The notes beneath the pieces are model-generated. The model made no database searches, was not told the DNA's origin, and worked only from the letters and a program-made list of their open reading frames with translations. DNA of 64,000 nt, from the NCBI GenBank assembly GCA_963823665.1, contig CAWGMQ010000007.1, positions 544,001 through 608,000 on the forward strand, written 5' to 3'. Positions 21,245 through 31,443 of the stretch are shown piece after piece (position 1 is the first letter of the stretch; each line of letters opens with the position of its first letter). Position numbers and translations under genes: made by a program. The DNA is from an uncultured Planctomycetota bacterium (GTDB lineage Bacteria; Planctomycetota; Planctomycetia; Isosphaerales; Isosphaeraceae).

Positions 21245-23030
21245 ATCTCCGGTCGCAGAACCAGGCGCCGCGATCGATGAACGCGGCGATCAATTCCAGC
21301 ACCCTGATCCTCGCGGCGGTTCTTACCGTCATGGCCGCCGTGGCGGGTCGCGCCGGAGACATCGATTCGCTCTCGCTTTCGGACCGCGAGGCCTACGCGA
21401 AGGCGGCGGAGGCCGCGCGTCACGACCCGGCCGCCCACGTGCGGCTGGCGCTCTGGTGTGAGGCGCATGACTGCTCGACCGAACGTGCCAGGCATCTTGC
21501 GCTGGCGGTGAAGTATGATTCGTCGAACGCACTGGCAAGGGGGTTGCTGGGTCTGCTCGAGCATCAGAAGCTGTGGGGCCGGCCCGATGACGTCGCGCAG
21601 CAGATTCGGGACGACCCGGCAGGAATCGCTTTGATCTCCGAGTACAACGAGCGACGCTCCGGCACACCCGCCAAGGTCGACGCCCTGTTGAAGCTGGCAC
21701 AATGGTGCGCAGAGCGCAGGCTGAACGAGCAGGCCGCGCTCCTCTACAACCAGGTGCTGGTGCTTGACCCGTCGCGGGAAATTGCGTGGCGGCATCTGGG
21801 ATACAAGAAGCAGGGCAAGGGCTGGGTCAAGCCGGAGCACCTCGCGGCCGCGAAGCATAACTCCGCACTTCAGAAGCAAGCAGACAGGAGCTGGAAGACC
21901 AAGCTCGAGAAGATGCGCGAGTGGCTCTTGAGCAAGGATGGCGCGAAACGAGCGAAGGCTGAAGAGGAGCTGGCAGCCGTGACCGACCCGCGCGCGGTTC
22001 CGATGATTTGGGCGATTTTCGTGCGCGGGGGGCGCGCCTTCAGAATGCCGCGGTGCAGATACTCTCGCAGATCGATGGTCCCTCGGCGTCGAACGGATTG
22101 GCGGCGCTGGCGGTTTTCAGCCGCGTGCCGGAGGTGAGGTCTCGCGCGCTCGAGGCGCTCAAACGCCGCGATCCGCATCGTCGTGACCAGCAGGCGCCCG
22201 GCCCCTCGGCGGCGATCGGACTGATGATCCAGGCAGGGGGCACCGCGGCACAGCAAGACATGAATATCGTCCGCGACATGCTTGCCATCGCCCAGGCCAA
22301 GCTAAACTTGCAGCAGAAGCTGGCCATGGACATACAGATCATCGAATCGATCAATGCCGGTATCAAGATGACCAACGATCGCGTACAGCCGGTTCTGAGC
22401 GCGATTGCCGGAACGGATCTGGGGGCCGACCCCGAGAAGTGGCGGAACTGGTGGATTGGATTGCTGCGGAACAGCACGGGAACAAGTCAGACCCTCGCGA
22501 GTCGCGGTGGAACCCGAACCGCAGAAGGCCCCCAAGCTTTTGTGGGTGTGGCGTCTCTTGGAGCTGGTACCCTGGTTCATACGCTCGAAGGCCCGCGGCC
22601 GATTGAGAAAATCAACGTGAACGACCGAGTGCTGGCGCAGGATACGACGTCGGGCAAGCTGTCGTTTCAGCCGGTCGTGGCTGTTCGGGCCGCTGTGTCT
22701 GCCCCGACCTTCAACGTGCGAGCGGGTGGTGTATCGATTCCCGTGACGGGATTGCTTCGCTTCTGGAAGGCCGGGAAAGGCTGGACGATGGCGCGAGACC
22801 TGAGAGCCGGCGATCGGTTGCGGGTGGCTGGGGATATCGTGCTGGTCGAGTCGGTCGAACCGCAAGCGAGTCAGCCGGTTTACAACATCGGCGTTGCCGA
22901 ATGCGGCGATCTGTTCGTGGGAGCGAACAGGGTACCGGTGCACGACTTCGCTGTCGTGCAACCGGTGCTTGCGTTGTTTGACCGAGCTGTTGACCTCCAG
23001 GCGATGAAGGCTTCCGGCGGCGGCGAGTGA
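21241..23030 (+). CDS. Secreted helical/HEAT-like protein with C-terminal Hint domain; frameshift near 22030
   Basis: LALWCE, AWRHLGY, DPRAVP; Hint-like GAGTLVHT..GPRPIEKI, L.AGD, VYNIGV..VHD; start overlaps the sigma stop. Confidence 0.75.
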
Positions 23031-23160
23031 GTCGCTGGTGACTCCCGTCCGGGGCTCGCTGTGCACTGCGATCGGCGGTACACTCGGGGAGTGTTTCGGG
23101 CTATGCAAATCGCGACGGCGGTTTTGCGCGTGCAGCACTTCCCGTCATCGGAGTTTCGAC

Positions 23161-24333
23161 ATGTCCTGCATCAATCCCTGGCGTTTGATAACCGTGCTGG
23201 CTCTGGGCCTGGGCGTCGTGCACGCCGGCGCAGTCGAGCAGAAGGGGGAAGGACGGCTCAAGCTGGTCCAGGCCGAGCCGCACGACGAGCTTGACAGCGT
23301 GGTCACGGCAACGATCAGCTCCGACGGCAGGTTTCTGTACGCCGCGTCGTGGAAGATCGGCGCGCTCAATGTCTACGCCCGCGATTTGAAGACGGGTCTT
23401 CTTGAAAATAAACAGACGATCGCCGAGCCGGACGACCTCGCAGGCGTGACCGACATCGAGCTGAGCCCGGACGGGAAGATGGCGGTGGCCGTCGCGTTTC
23501 GATCACGGACGGTCACGCTTTACGATCGCAATTCCGATACCGGCGAGCTGAAGCTGGTTGATCTTGTGCGCGATGGTGAAAAGCGTGTGCACTTGAGCTT
23601 TCCGGTCCAGGGGGCGTTCTCGCCCGACTCGCGTTTCGTTGTGGTTCTCGACGACGGGGGAGAAGACGACGGGGCCGTGGTGAGCTTCCGCGTTGGAACA
23701 AACAAAAAGCTCGAGCTGGCGGGGGTCGATAAGGGCAGGGACGGTTGTTACGCCGGCGCCCGCGGTCTGGCCTTCCACCCGAGCGGCAAGACCCTGACGG
23801 TCGCCTCTTACCGCGGCTCGGCTCTCGTTGCGGCTGACTTCGATGCGAAGACGGGAAGCACGCGGGTGCGCCAGGTGGTGCGGGACGGGCAGGGGGGAGC
23901 GCGTGGTCTCGTGGGTGCCTTTGGCGTGGTGGTCAGCCCCGACGCGAAACACGTTTACGTGGTGTCAGGCCGGTTCGGCGGCGACAACGCGGTGAGTGCA
24001 TTCAAGCTGACGGAGGGGGGCGAGCTTGCGTTTATCCAGGAATTTCGTGACGGCGGCGGAGAACTGCAAGGATTCCTGGGGGGCAACCATGTGACTGTCA
24101 GCCCCGACGGTTTGAACGTGTACGCCGCGGCCACTCGCTCCGGCTCGATCGCATCCTTCCGCCGCGACCCGGCGAGCGGCAAACTTACATATCTGGAAAC
24201 CATCCCGGATTGTGGCGAAGGGGGCGAAAACGGCGCGGTGGCTGTCTCCGTCAGTCCGGATAACGCATTCGTCTATGTTGCCACTGAAGACAAGGAGGCG
24301 ATTTCGATCTTCAAGCGGGACGGGGGAAAATGA
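23161..24333 (+). CDS. Secreted lactonase-family beta-propeller protein
   Basis: Signal peptide; repeated SPDGxxVYV and FxRD motifs. Confidence 0.8.
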   Translation: MSCINPWRLITVLALGLGVVHAGAVEQKGEGRLKLVQAEPHDELDSVVTATISSDGRFLYAASWKIGALNVYARDLKTGLLENKQTIAEPDDLAGVTDIELSPDGKMAVAVAFRSRTVTLYDRNSDTGELKLVDLVRDGEKRVHLSFPVQGAFSPDSRFVVVLDDGGEDDGAVVSFRVGTNKKLELAGVDKGRDGCYAGARGLAFHPSGKTLTVASYRGSALVAADFDAKTGSTRVRQVVRDGQGGARGLVGAFGVVVSPDAKHVYVVSGRFGGDNAVSAFKLTEGGELAFIQEFRDGGGELQGFLGGNHVTVSPDGLNVYAAATRSGSIASFRRDPASGKLTYLETIPDCGEGGENGAVAVSVSPDNAFVYVATEDKEAISIFKRDGGK

Positions 24334-24555
24334 GCGGCGCGAACGTGAATTCTCCGTAGGGTTCGCTATTGCGGACCATCCGGATATGAGCCTTCGGACG
24401 CGGAAAGCCGTGTACTGCCTTCTCGCCGATCCGGCGTGGGCGAGCTAGTCCTGTCAGCGGCGTTCGCATCGCGTGGCTTGACTCGAGTCCGTCTGGACGA
24501 GACGAGATCCCCGATCTTGAACACGGTCTCTTGCTGACGTGATTCGATGACGCAG

Positions 24556-25206
24556 TTAGTCGCATGCACCGCTACAGTTTTGACCCAAGGGTCGCCCGCG
24601 CGTCACCCAGAGCGCCATCCCCTTCCAGGCCCGGTGCTGGTATCCGAAGTCAACCCGCGCGCGGCCGCGCCCGATCACTTCGACGACCTTGCCGTTGATG
24701 GGGGCCGGCAGAAGCATCGACTCCCACTCCTTGGGCACGCGTGGGATACCTGCGGCTGGTCTCTTGCCGTCACCGGAGCGTGCAAAGAAGGTGTTGGAGG
24801 GCCAACCAGGCTCGGGGCCCTCGATATTGACGTAGTCGCAGAAGTTCCTGCCGCGTTCCTTGGGAACAAGGTATAACCGCTCGCCCCAGTGGATTGGAAT
24901 CAGTTCCCCAGGGGCGTCAGGAAAGAACGCCCGACTAACGAGAGAGGTTCGAAGAATAACGTGTCCGCCGACGAGCTTAGCACGTCCATACGCATGGCTC
25001 TCGCCGGTGCACATATGGTATGTGAGCTTGAAACGTCCATCCGAGTCGATTTTCAAACGCTCTCCGGAGAATCCGTCTGAGTAGGAGTATTCGCCAGCCA
25101 GAGTCGCGAGCGACAGCAGAGGCGTGCCGTCCTTCCGGATCGGGTCGTCTGGCTCGCCGAAAAATGCCGTCACAGAGAGTATCGCCGAGAAGATCGCCAT
25201 GTACAT
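24556..25206 (-). CDS. Hypothetical exported protein; C-terminus probably frameshifted
   Basis: Hydrophobic N-terminus, AGEYSY.DG, IHWGERLYL. Confidence 0.55.
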   Translation of the reverse strand: MYMAIFSAILSVTAFFGEPDDPIRKDGTPLLSLATLAGEYSYSDGFSGERLKIDSDGRFKLTYHMCTGESHAYGRAKLVGGHVILRTSLVSRAFFPDAPGELIPIHWGERLYLVPKERGRNFCDYVNIEGPEPGWPSNTFFARSGDGKRPAAGIPRVPKEWESMLLPAPINGKVVEVIGRGRARVDFGYQHRAWKGMALWVTRGRPLGQNCSGACD

Positions 25207-25383
25207 CGGACACCTATCTTCCATCAGTGTGATCGACAAGCTTGGCTTGTATTCGCGCCCCGAACTTCGGTCAATTCGAGTTTCTTACAAATGCGGCTGG
25301 TAGAGCCGGCGACACGCGACGGGATGTGCGGCAAGATCACAGTTGTACAAATGGCTAAGCTCGCCGCGATTGAGGTTTTGACT

Positions 25384-25704
25384 ATGCGACTCCCGGCATC
25401 GGATCCCTCCAATCGCCCCGACTCAAGAACTCGTCTCAGCCTGCGAAAGGCGATTGTGATCGTCGCACCGTCGGTGATCGTGATCGTCGGAGTCTGGCTC
25501 GGCAGCGTCGCTGGGCTGATGCTTGTGAACGACCCATTCGAGTCAGGCCTCGTCGTCATGAGTGGTGGATCGGCAGTTGCTGTGACGGCGGCCCTGGTGG
25601 TGAGTCTTCTCATCAACCGGCGGAGCGGACGCGATGTGAGTGCCGTTCGGGATACCGCGGAGTGTCACGCGAAAAGCCCGTTCTACGAGCGCGGAACGTG
25701 CTAA
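25384..25704 (+). CDS. Small two-TM hypothetical protein
   Basis: GAGG before ATG; two hydrophobic helices. Confidence 0.45.
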   Translation: MRLPASDPSNRPDSRTRLSLRKAIVIVAPSVIVIVGVWLGSVAGLMLVNDPFESGLVVMSGGSAVAVTAALVVSLLINRRSGRDVSAVRDTAECHAKSPFYERGTC

Positions 25705-25742
25705 AGCACGCAGTGATCGTGTAGCGGCGTCTGCGCCGGGAC

Positions 25743-25870
25743 CTAAGTGCTGCTGTTTCACAATTAGCTGTGCGGTTGTGGGACGGTTTTATGGGACGCC
25801 GGCCCGGTCGTGCTGACACCCCGAGCCTCGCGCCGGACCGCACCAGTTTATTGTGAAACGGAGCACTTAG
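25743..25870. mobile_element. MITE-like element of 128 bp with about 27-bp imperfect terminal inverted repeats
   Basis: Left end CTAAGTGCTGCTGTTTCACAATTAGCTG; reverse complement of right end CTAAGTGCTCCGTTTCACAATAAACTG; no coding capacity. Confidence 0.7.
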
Positions 25871-25961
25871 CGTCCGATTCCGACCTGGTCGTCGGTACCG
25901 CCCTCGAGCGCACCGAGCGCGCTCAACGGGGCGACAACTTGGAAAACCGAATTCCATTTTG

Positions 25962-26077
25962 GAACAGAAGGGCGCGAAGGACACGAAGAGTGCACAAATA
26001 CCGAGCCCGATCGGTTGGCGTCCCTCGCCTCCCCTCGGATTCTCTCCGATCTTCGCGCCCTTCGCGATCTTATGTTC
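25962..26077. repeat. Long inverted repeat built from 9-mer units
   Basis: GAACAGAAGGGCGCGAAGGACACGAAGA ... TCTTCGCGCCCTTCGCGATCTTATGTTC (28 nt arms, 5 mismatches). Confidence 0.75.
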
Positions 26078-26228
26078 AAGGTTTTCTCCCCCCATGTTCG
26101 AGGTTTCCCCGCACGGCTCGCGAGGGCGAGCGAGATTCGGTCAGCGAGCCGGACCACGTGTACGTTCAACAGCAGGTCGAGCTTGCGTCCCGCCCGCTTA
26201 CCGCTTTGTCCGTGCGGCTCTCTCCTCC

Positions 26229-26339
26229 CTATGTTGAAAGGCTGCTTGCGCCGGCGAGAACGAGGCGCGACATTCCATCGACGAGCTTGATCTCGTGGAA
26301 GTTGAAGAGCAATCCCAGGGGCACGTCCAGCAGTCTCAT
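26229..26339 (-). pseudogene. 3' remnant of a GxxExxY-family gene
   Basis: MRLLDVPLGLLFNFHEIKLVDGMSRLVL resembles the GxxExxY C-terminus (LGLLINF motif); cut at the MITE half-copy. Confidence 0.65.
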
Positions 26340-26343
26340 GCCA

Positions 26344-26408
26344 TCGTGCTGATACCGCCCTTAGGCTCGCACTGGACCGCACAGTTAATTGTGAAATGGA
26401 GCACTAAG
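26344..26408. mobile_element. Right-half copy of the 25743-25870 MITE
   Basis: TCGTGCTGA..GGACCGCACAGTTAATTGTGAAATGGAGCACTAAG aligns with 25808-25870. Confidence 0.65.
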
Positions 26409-26687
26409 CGGCGAGAGAAATCCCCCCAAGTGATGATCCGCGCGGATCACGTTTCTTTACACGCCGGTTTCACGCGGCTGATTTTGCGCCGGGTGTAAGA
26501 TCCCGGTCCCTTCGACCGTATTCACCGCGACGACCGCGCGCCTGTGCCGCACGATAGTTGCTTCCCGACCAGCTCGCCATTCTGGGTCGGGACATGGGAG
26601 CGGCGCCCTCGTTAACATACCTTGACGATGGTCGTCAGACTTGCCGATCGTCCCACCGATCTGACGAGCGCTGAGCGAAGGAGTGCG

Positions 26688-26945
26688 ATGAAAAGGGAAT
26701 CCAGTCGCACGACGCGAGAAGCCATGGGCTGCTTCTTCATGCTCGTCTTCGGGGCGATCATGTGTGTGTGCCTGATGAGAATCGCGGTGGTTGCAATTAG
26801 CCAGCGCGAGGGAACAGGCCAGGCGTCTTGCTGGCCGCTCGATCTCATCTTGGTGGCTGTTCCGTGCGCAGGGATCATCGTGGCCGGCTGGGTCACGTAT
26901 GGATTCAAGGGCGCGTGGGATCTTCTGAAACGCAACCGGAGGTGA
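26688..26945 (+). CDS. Small two-TM hypothetical protein
   Basis: AGGAG RBS; two hydrophobic helices. Confidence 0.5.
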   Translation: MKRESSRTTREAMGCFFMLVFGAIMCVCLMRIAVVAISQREGTGQASCWPLDLILVAVPCAGIIVAGWVTYGFKGAWDLLKRNRR

Positions 26946-27022
26946 CCACCGGGTTGGGATGGGGGTGGTTTCAGGGGGCAGGGGCACGCATATCAATCTG
27001 CGTGATTTAGACCGGTTCGATC

Positions 27023-27230
27023 TTGTTCTAAACACCGACGACGGTGTAGAGACCGTGCATCTACGTGAGCGCCGGTGGCGATGCGAGCAGGATCGTTTAC
27101 CGTGCTCGGGCGCATTGCGCACGGCATCGGCAGTGACGGTACAGCAAGCGCCGAACTCGGACCGCAGCGCGAGTGACGGGCGCCTCGCATCCGAATAGAC
27201 TGAGTCCAGAGGGTGGCTGTCCGGCTTCCC
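27023..27230. repeat. About 208-bp direct repeat, copy 1 (right end of a tyrosine-transposase element)
   Basis: Highly similar to 33282-33491; contains hairpin ACACCG-ACGA-CGGTGT; ends GGTGGCTGTCCGGCTTCCC. Confidence 0.9.
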
Positions 27231-27249
27231 CGAACGCCCGAACGGGGTC

Positions 27250-30200
27250 TTACTTGGGGCCGGCGAACGGCTCGGCCGGGAAGGCCAGATCCATCATCAG
27301 CAGCCGGAAGTCGGCGCGAGAGCGCAGCGTGTTGAGAGCATCCTCTGCGCGAAACGTGTCAAGGTTGCGGTGGTCCATCTCGACGGCCCTGCGCAACTGC
27401 GCCATCGCCATCTCGATCTCGCTTGCGGCTCGAGCACCCGAGACGCCCGAGTCAAATTGACCGGCCAGGCCTGCCAGCGCGGCGTGGGCACACGCGGAGA
27501 AGAACCAGGCGTCGCCCGTCCGCGACGGCGTTGCGTCGAACAGTTCCACCGCCCGTCGGATATCGGCCGCGGCGCCAGCGAGCTCCCCGATAGCGTGGCG
27601 GACCAGGCCGCGGTTGAGCAGGTCCTCGGCCAGGCCATCGCGATGATCTGTCATGCTCTTGTCGTTCTCGACAAGGGCCTCGTCACTTGCGACGGCGCGG
27701 TCGGCGTGATGGCGAGCCTCGGACAGACGGCCGAGGCGTCGGAGCACCGCGGAGAGGTTTTTGTCGAGCGCCGCTGCGCCGGCGCGAACGCGAGGTTCCG
27801 GGTTATCCTCAGATAGCTTCCCGTAAAGCGCCTGTGCCGCGCGAAACTCGGCCTCAGCTTCCACCAGTTTGCCGGCCGTCGACAGGAGGAGGCCCAGGCT
27901 GCGTCGGCCATTCGCCAGACTTTCGCGGAACCCGGGGAACTTGGGGTTGCCGTCGGCCAGCTCCCGCGAGAGCGTGATCGAAGCGCGGAACTCGCGCTCC
28001 GACTCCGCCGGCCGGCCTACTTTCGAGAGGTATTCGCCGAGGCTCAGGTGGACGCTGGCCAGGCGGCTCCGGAAAGTAGTTATAGTGGGGTGATCCTCGG
28101 TCAAGTCTCGGTAGAGCGCCACCGCCGCGCGGTATTCGGTCTCGGCCTCCGCCGGCTTGCCCGCGGCCAAGAGCAAGTTGCCGAGGTTGCCGTGACTTAT
28201 CCCCAGGACGCCGCGGAATTCGGTGACAGCGGGGTTGTCGTCGGCCAGCTTCCGCCGGATCGCCAGGGCCTCCCGGTACTCCGCCTCCGCCTCCGCCGGC
28301 CTTCCCGTGCGCCTCAACAGGACTCCCAGGCAGTTGTGGCTCTCCGCCAGATTGTTCTGGAATTCGGTGACAGCGGGGTTATCGTCGGCCAGCTTCCGCC
28401 GGATCACCAACCCATTGCGAATCTCGGCTTCCGCGTCCTTCGATCGGCTCGTCTCCGCCAGTAGGATGCCGAGGTAGTTGTGGCTGTCGGCCAGCCGGGC
28501 GCGGAATTCATTCACGGCGGGGTTGTCGTGGGCAAGCTTCGACCGAATCGCCACGGCCTCCCGGTACTCGGCCTCCGCCTCGGGGACCTTGCTCGTCACA
28601 GATAGCAAGACACCGAGTTCATGATGGCTGATCGCCGCGTTGCTGTGGAATTCGGTGACAGCGGGGTTGTCGTCGGCCAGCTTCCGCCGGATCGCCAGGG
28701 CAGCGCGATGCTCCGCCTCTGCCTCTATCGGCTTGCCTGTCTTGTACAGGAGCACCGCGATCCGGCCGACCGTCAACGCCAGGTCGCGACGTGCATCGTT
28801 CGGGGCCCCGGGCGCGTTGGCCAGGGCCTCCTGGTGGACTCGGGCCAGCCGCAAGGCCACCAGCGCATCGGCTGTTTTCCCTGCCCTGAACAGGAGCGAG
28901 CCCATGCTCGACCGGCAGGCTGCCAGCGCGGCCTCCGCGGCCGGTTCGGGACCCGCTAGACCCGCCAACAACGACTCCGCGCGACGGTAGGCTGCCAGTG
29001 CCGTGTCGATCTTCCCCGTCGCGTCGAGCAGCGCCGCCACCGCGTTGAGGCTCCGGCCGACGTCGACCTTCATCACGGCGTCGGCCCCTGGCTTCGCCGC
29101 GAGCGCCTCCCGCGCCGCCAGCACGCCTCGATGAGTGGCTAGTGCCTCCTCCTTGCGGCCGACCTTGTTCGTCAGTTCGGCCAATTCGAAGTTCGAAGCC
29201 GCGAGCGCTCGCCGCGCGGCCGCATCCGTCTCTTTGCCCAGCAAGGCAGAGAGCTTGCCGTAGAAGTCCGAAGCCGACTTCAGGAGCCGGTTGCGCAGCT
29301 CCTTGAACTGCTCCTCTTTGAGCAGGAAGTCTTCGCTCACGCCGGTGTGGAACGTCTCGATCGCCTCCACTGCCAGGTCGTATCGCGCCTGCATCGCGGC
29401 CTTGGACTTCGCCAGCTCGGCGTTGGCCTGCGTCTGCACTACCGCAACCGCCGCGAGGCCCACCGTCCCGGCCAAGAGCGCCACCGCCGTCGCCGTCACC
29501 GCCGTCCGGTTTCGTTTCGCCCACCGCCGCACTCGCCGCCAAAACGGCTCGCGGTAAGCCGTCACCGGCTCGTCGGCCATCCACCGCTCGACGTCGTCGG
29601 CCAGCGCGGGGCAACCGGCATAGCGGTTCTCCGGCTTGGTCGCCATCGCCTTCACGCAGACGGCCTCCAGGGCCGGATCGATCGTCGGATCAAACTGCCG
29701 CGGTCTGGGGAACTCGCCATGCTGCACGCGACGCAACAACTCGCCGATGTCGTTCCCTTCGTGAGGCGGGTTGCCCGTCAAGAGGCAGTAGAGCGTCGCA
29801 CCGAGACTATACACGTCCGAGGGCGGCCCCAGGCGCTCGAGATCGCCCGCGGCCTGCTCGGGGCTCATGTAGGCCGGCGTGCCCAGGGCGCTGCCAGGGA
29901 GTGTCTCGGAGCTGCCGCTGGCTGAGCTGGGCATGAGCGTCCGCTCTTCGGCACCCGGCGCGGCCCTACCGGTGGGCTTGGCCAGGCCCCAGTCGACGAC
30001 GAGCGTCTCGCCGTGCTTGCCGACGATGATATTCCCGGGCTTGATGTCCCGATGCAATACCCCGCGGCTGTGCGCGTAGTCGATCGCGTTGCAGACGTCC
30101 ATGAAACGTCGCAGCAGCTTGCGCAATTCCAGCGAGCGGCGGCCGGAGTCCTGATTCAAGGTCTCGTCGGCGTGGAAGCGGTCGATGGCTTCCTTGAGGC

Positions 30201-30861
30201 TGTCGCCACGAATGAACCGCATCGCGTAATAGGGCCGGCCGTCGGCGTAGGTGCCCAGGCCGTAGACCGGGACGATGCCCGGGTGCTCCAGCCCGCCTGT
30301 CACCTCGGCCTCGAGCAAGAATCGCTGGCGGCTCGTCGGGTTGTCGGCGTGGCGGTCGAGGATCTGCTTCAACGCGACCTCACGGTTGAGCTCGCCATCG
30401 AGCGCCACGAACACGGCGCCCAGGCCTCCCCGGGCATGCGGGCGCAAGACGCGGAACCGGTGGCCGTCCGAGGTGGCGGTGCCGATGGCGTATGATCCCG
30501 TCCGGTCAACATCGCGGTCATCGGTCGAACCGTGGCCGGAGGGCACATGGCCGAGCGTCGCTCCGATATCTGGGTCGCCGAGGTTCTCCAGGCCCTCGCG
30601 CGTGGATTTGCCAGCCGGGATAGCAGCCAGGCTTTGCTGCACGTCTCCCCCGTGCGCCTCCAGGTGAACCTCGGCTAACCTATCGAGGAGCGCCCGCTTG
30701 GCTCGGTTAAGGTCGCCGCGGGCTTCCAAGTGGTCGGCCAGGCTCCTGGTCTTGTCGAGCGTCCACGCCTGGAAGGCCGCGACAAGCTGGCCCTGATTGA
30801 TCAGGCCGTTCTGGAGGGCGAGCAAACCGAAAAGGAGATGATGGTCAGCGACGGCGTCCAC
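27250..30861 (-). CDS. Hanks-type Ser/Thr kinase with TM helix and TPR repeats
   Basis: HARGGLG, VALK, HRDIKPGN, DWGLAK, GTPAYMSPE, then TPR repeats and C-terminal DF..LMMDLAFP.EPFA; start uncertain (30861 or 30897). Confidence 0.9.
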   Translation of the reverse strand: MDAVADHHLLFGLLALQNGLINQGQLVAAFQAWTLDKTRSLADHLEARGDLNRAKRALLDRLAEVHLEAHGGDVQQSLAAIPAGKSTREGLENLGDPDIGATLGHVPSGHGSTDDRDVDRTGSYAIGTATSDGHRFRVLRPHARGGLGAVFVALDGELNREVALKQILDRHADNPTSRQRFLLEAEVTGGLEHPGIVPVYGLGTYADGRPYYAMRFIRGDSLKEAIDRFHADETLNQDSGRRSLELRKLLRRFMDVCNAIDYAHSRGVLHRDIKPGNIIVGKHGETLVVDWGLAKPTGRAAPGAEERTLMPSSASGSSETLPGSALGTPAYMSPEQAAGDLERLGPPSDVYSLGATLYCLLTGNPPHEGNDIGELLRRVQHGEFPRPRQFDPTIDPALEAVCVKAMATKPENRYAGCPALADDVERWMADEPVTAYREPFWRRVRRWAKRNRTAVTATAVALLAGTVGLAAVAVVQTQANAELAKSKAAMQARYDLAVEAIETFHTGVSEDFLLKEEQFKELRNRLLKSASDFYGKLSALLGKETDAAARRALAASNFELAELTNKVGRKEEALATHRGVLAAREALAAKPGADAVMKVDVGRSLNAVAALLDATGKIDTALAAYRRAESLLAGLAGPEPAAEAALAACRSSMGSLLFRAGKTADALVALRLARVHQEALANAPGAPNDARRDLALTVGRIAVLLYKTGKPIEAEAEHRAALAIRRKLADDNPAVTEFHSNAAISHHELGVLLSVTSKVPEAEAEYREAVAIRSKLAHDNPAVNEFRARLADSHNYLGILLAETSRSKDAEAEIRNGLVIRRKLADDNPAVTEFQNNLAESHNCLGVLLRRTGRPAEAEAEYREALAIRRKLADDNPAVTEFRGVLGISHGNLGNLLLAAGKPAEAETEYRAAVALYRDLTEDHPTITTFRSRLASVHLSLGEYLSKVGRPAESEREFRASITLSRELADGNPKFPGFRESLANGRRSLGLLLSTAGKLVEAEAEFRAAQALYGKLSEDNPEPRVRAGAAALDKNLSAVLRRLGRLSEARHHADRAVASDEALVENDKSMTDHRDGLAEDLLNRGLVRHAIGELAGAAADIRRAVELFDATPSRTGDAWFFSACAHAALAGLAGQFDSGVSGARAASEIEMAMAQLRRAVEMDHRNLDTFRAEDALNTLRSRADFRLLMMDLAFPAEPFAGPK
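28200..28760 (-). repeat. Intragenic 144-nt (48-aa) TPR tandem repeats
   Basis: AATTC anchor at 28217, 28361, 28505 and 28649; peptide consensus AIRRKLADDNPAVTEF. Confidence 0.85.
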
Positions 30862-31139
30862 GGCGGAGTCTCCAAACGACGGTGTCAACCGCGCCACGAC
30901 CGGATCTGGAGTTCAGTCGTCAGGGTGGCGCCCAATGTCAGTATCACGATAGCGTATGCGGACCGTCCAGCCTCCCCGGTCAGCGACCGAAGTCGTTCCC
31001 CGACCGGAGCCGGCCGAAAGCTTGCGCACTGCACGGTCAGAAGCGGCCTCGCCGGGCGAACAAATCGCAAGCCACCGTGTCGATGCCGCGAGGCGTGTGG
31101 TGCTTCCGATCCGATCGCGGGCGTGAGGCTCCAGGCGAC

Positions 31140-31232
31140 GTTAAGACGGCCGCTGCCTGCGCGGCATCTGATCAAGGGTTTCTGCCGATCGAGACCAGTA
31201 AGTACGTCATGCTGCTCGATTGCACGGGCCGG
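31140..31232 (+). pseudogene. Fragment of a RAYT/IS200-like tyrosine transposase
   Basis: SDQGFLPIETSKYVMLLDCTGR resembles the SDKGFL...Y..LLDWTGR segment of this family. Confidence 0.6.
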
Positions 31233-31443
31233 GTGCCAGGCCGACACCGGCGCCGGCGGCCCGATCCCTTGCGAGTTCCCGGTTCATGGCGACTGCGCCC
31301 ATGGATCGAGCCACGGTTCGCGCAAGCTCATCGTTATCAGGAGGTTAGGAAATACGGATGCCACTGGTACTCTCACAGCCTAAACATTTCGCCGAGTAGT
31401 GACGAATAGCTGGGTGGCTCGCCAACTGCCCGCGGAGCTCACC

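Noticed and set aside
21241..23030. Polymorphic toxin
   Set aside because: No toxin domain after the Hint domain and no immunity-like gene
24400..27020. Small genes separated by palindromes as an integron cassette array
   Set aside because: Mixed orientations, no convincing RYYYAAC/GTTRRRY attC pairs and no integrase
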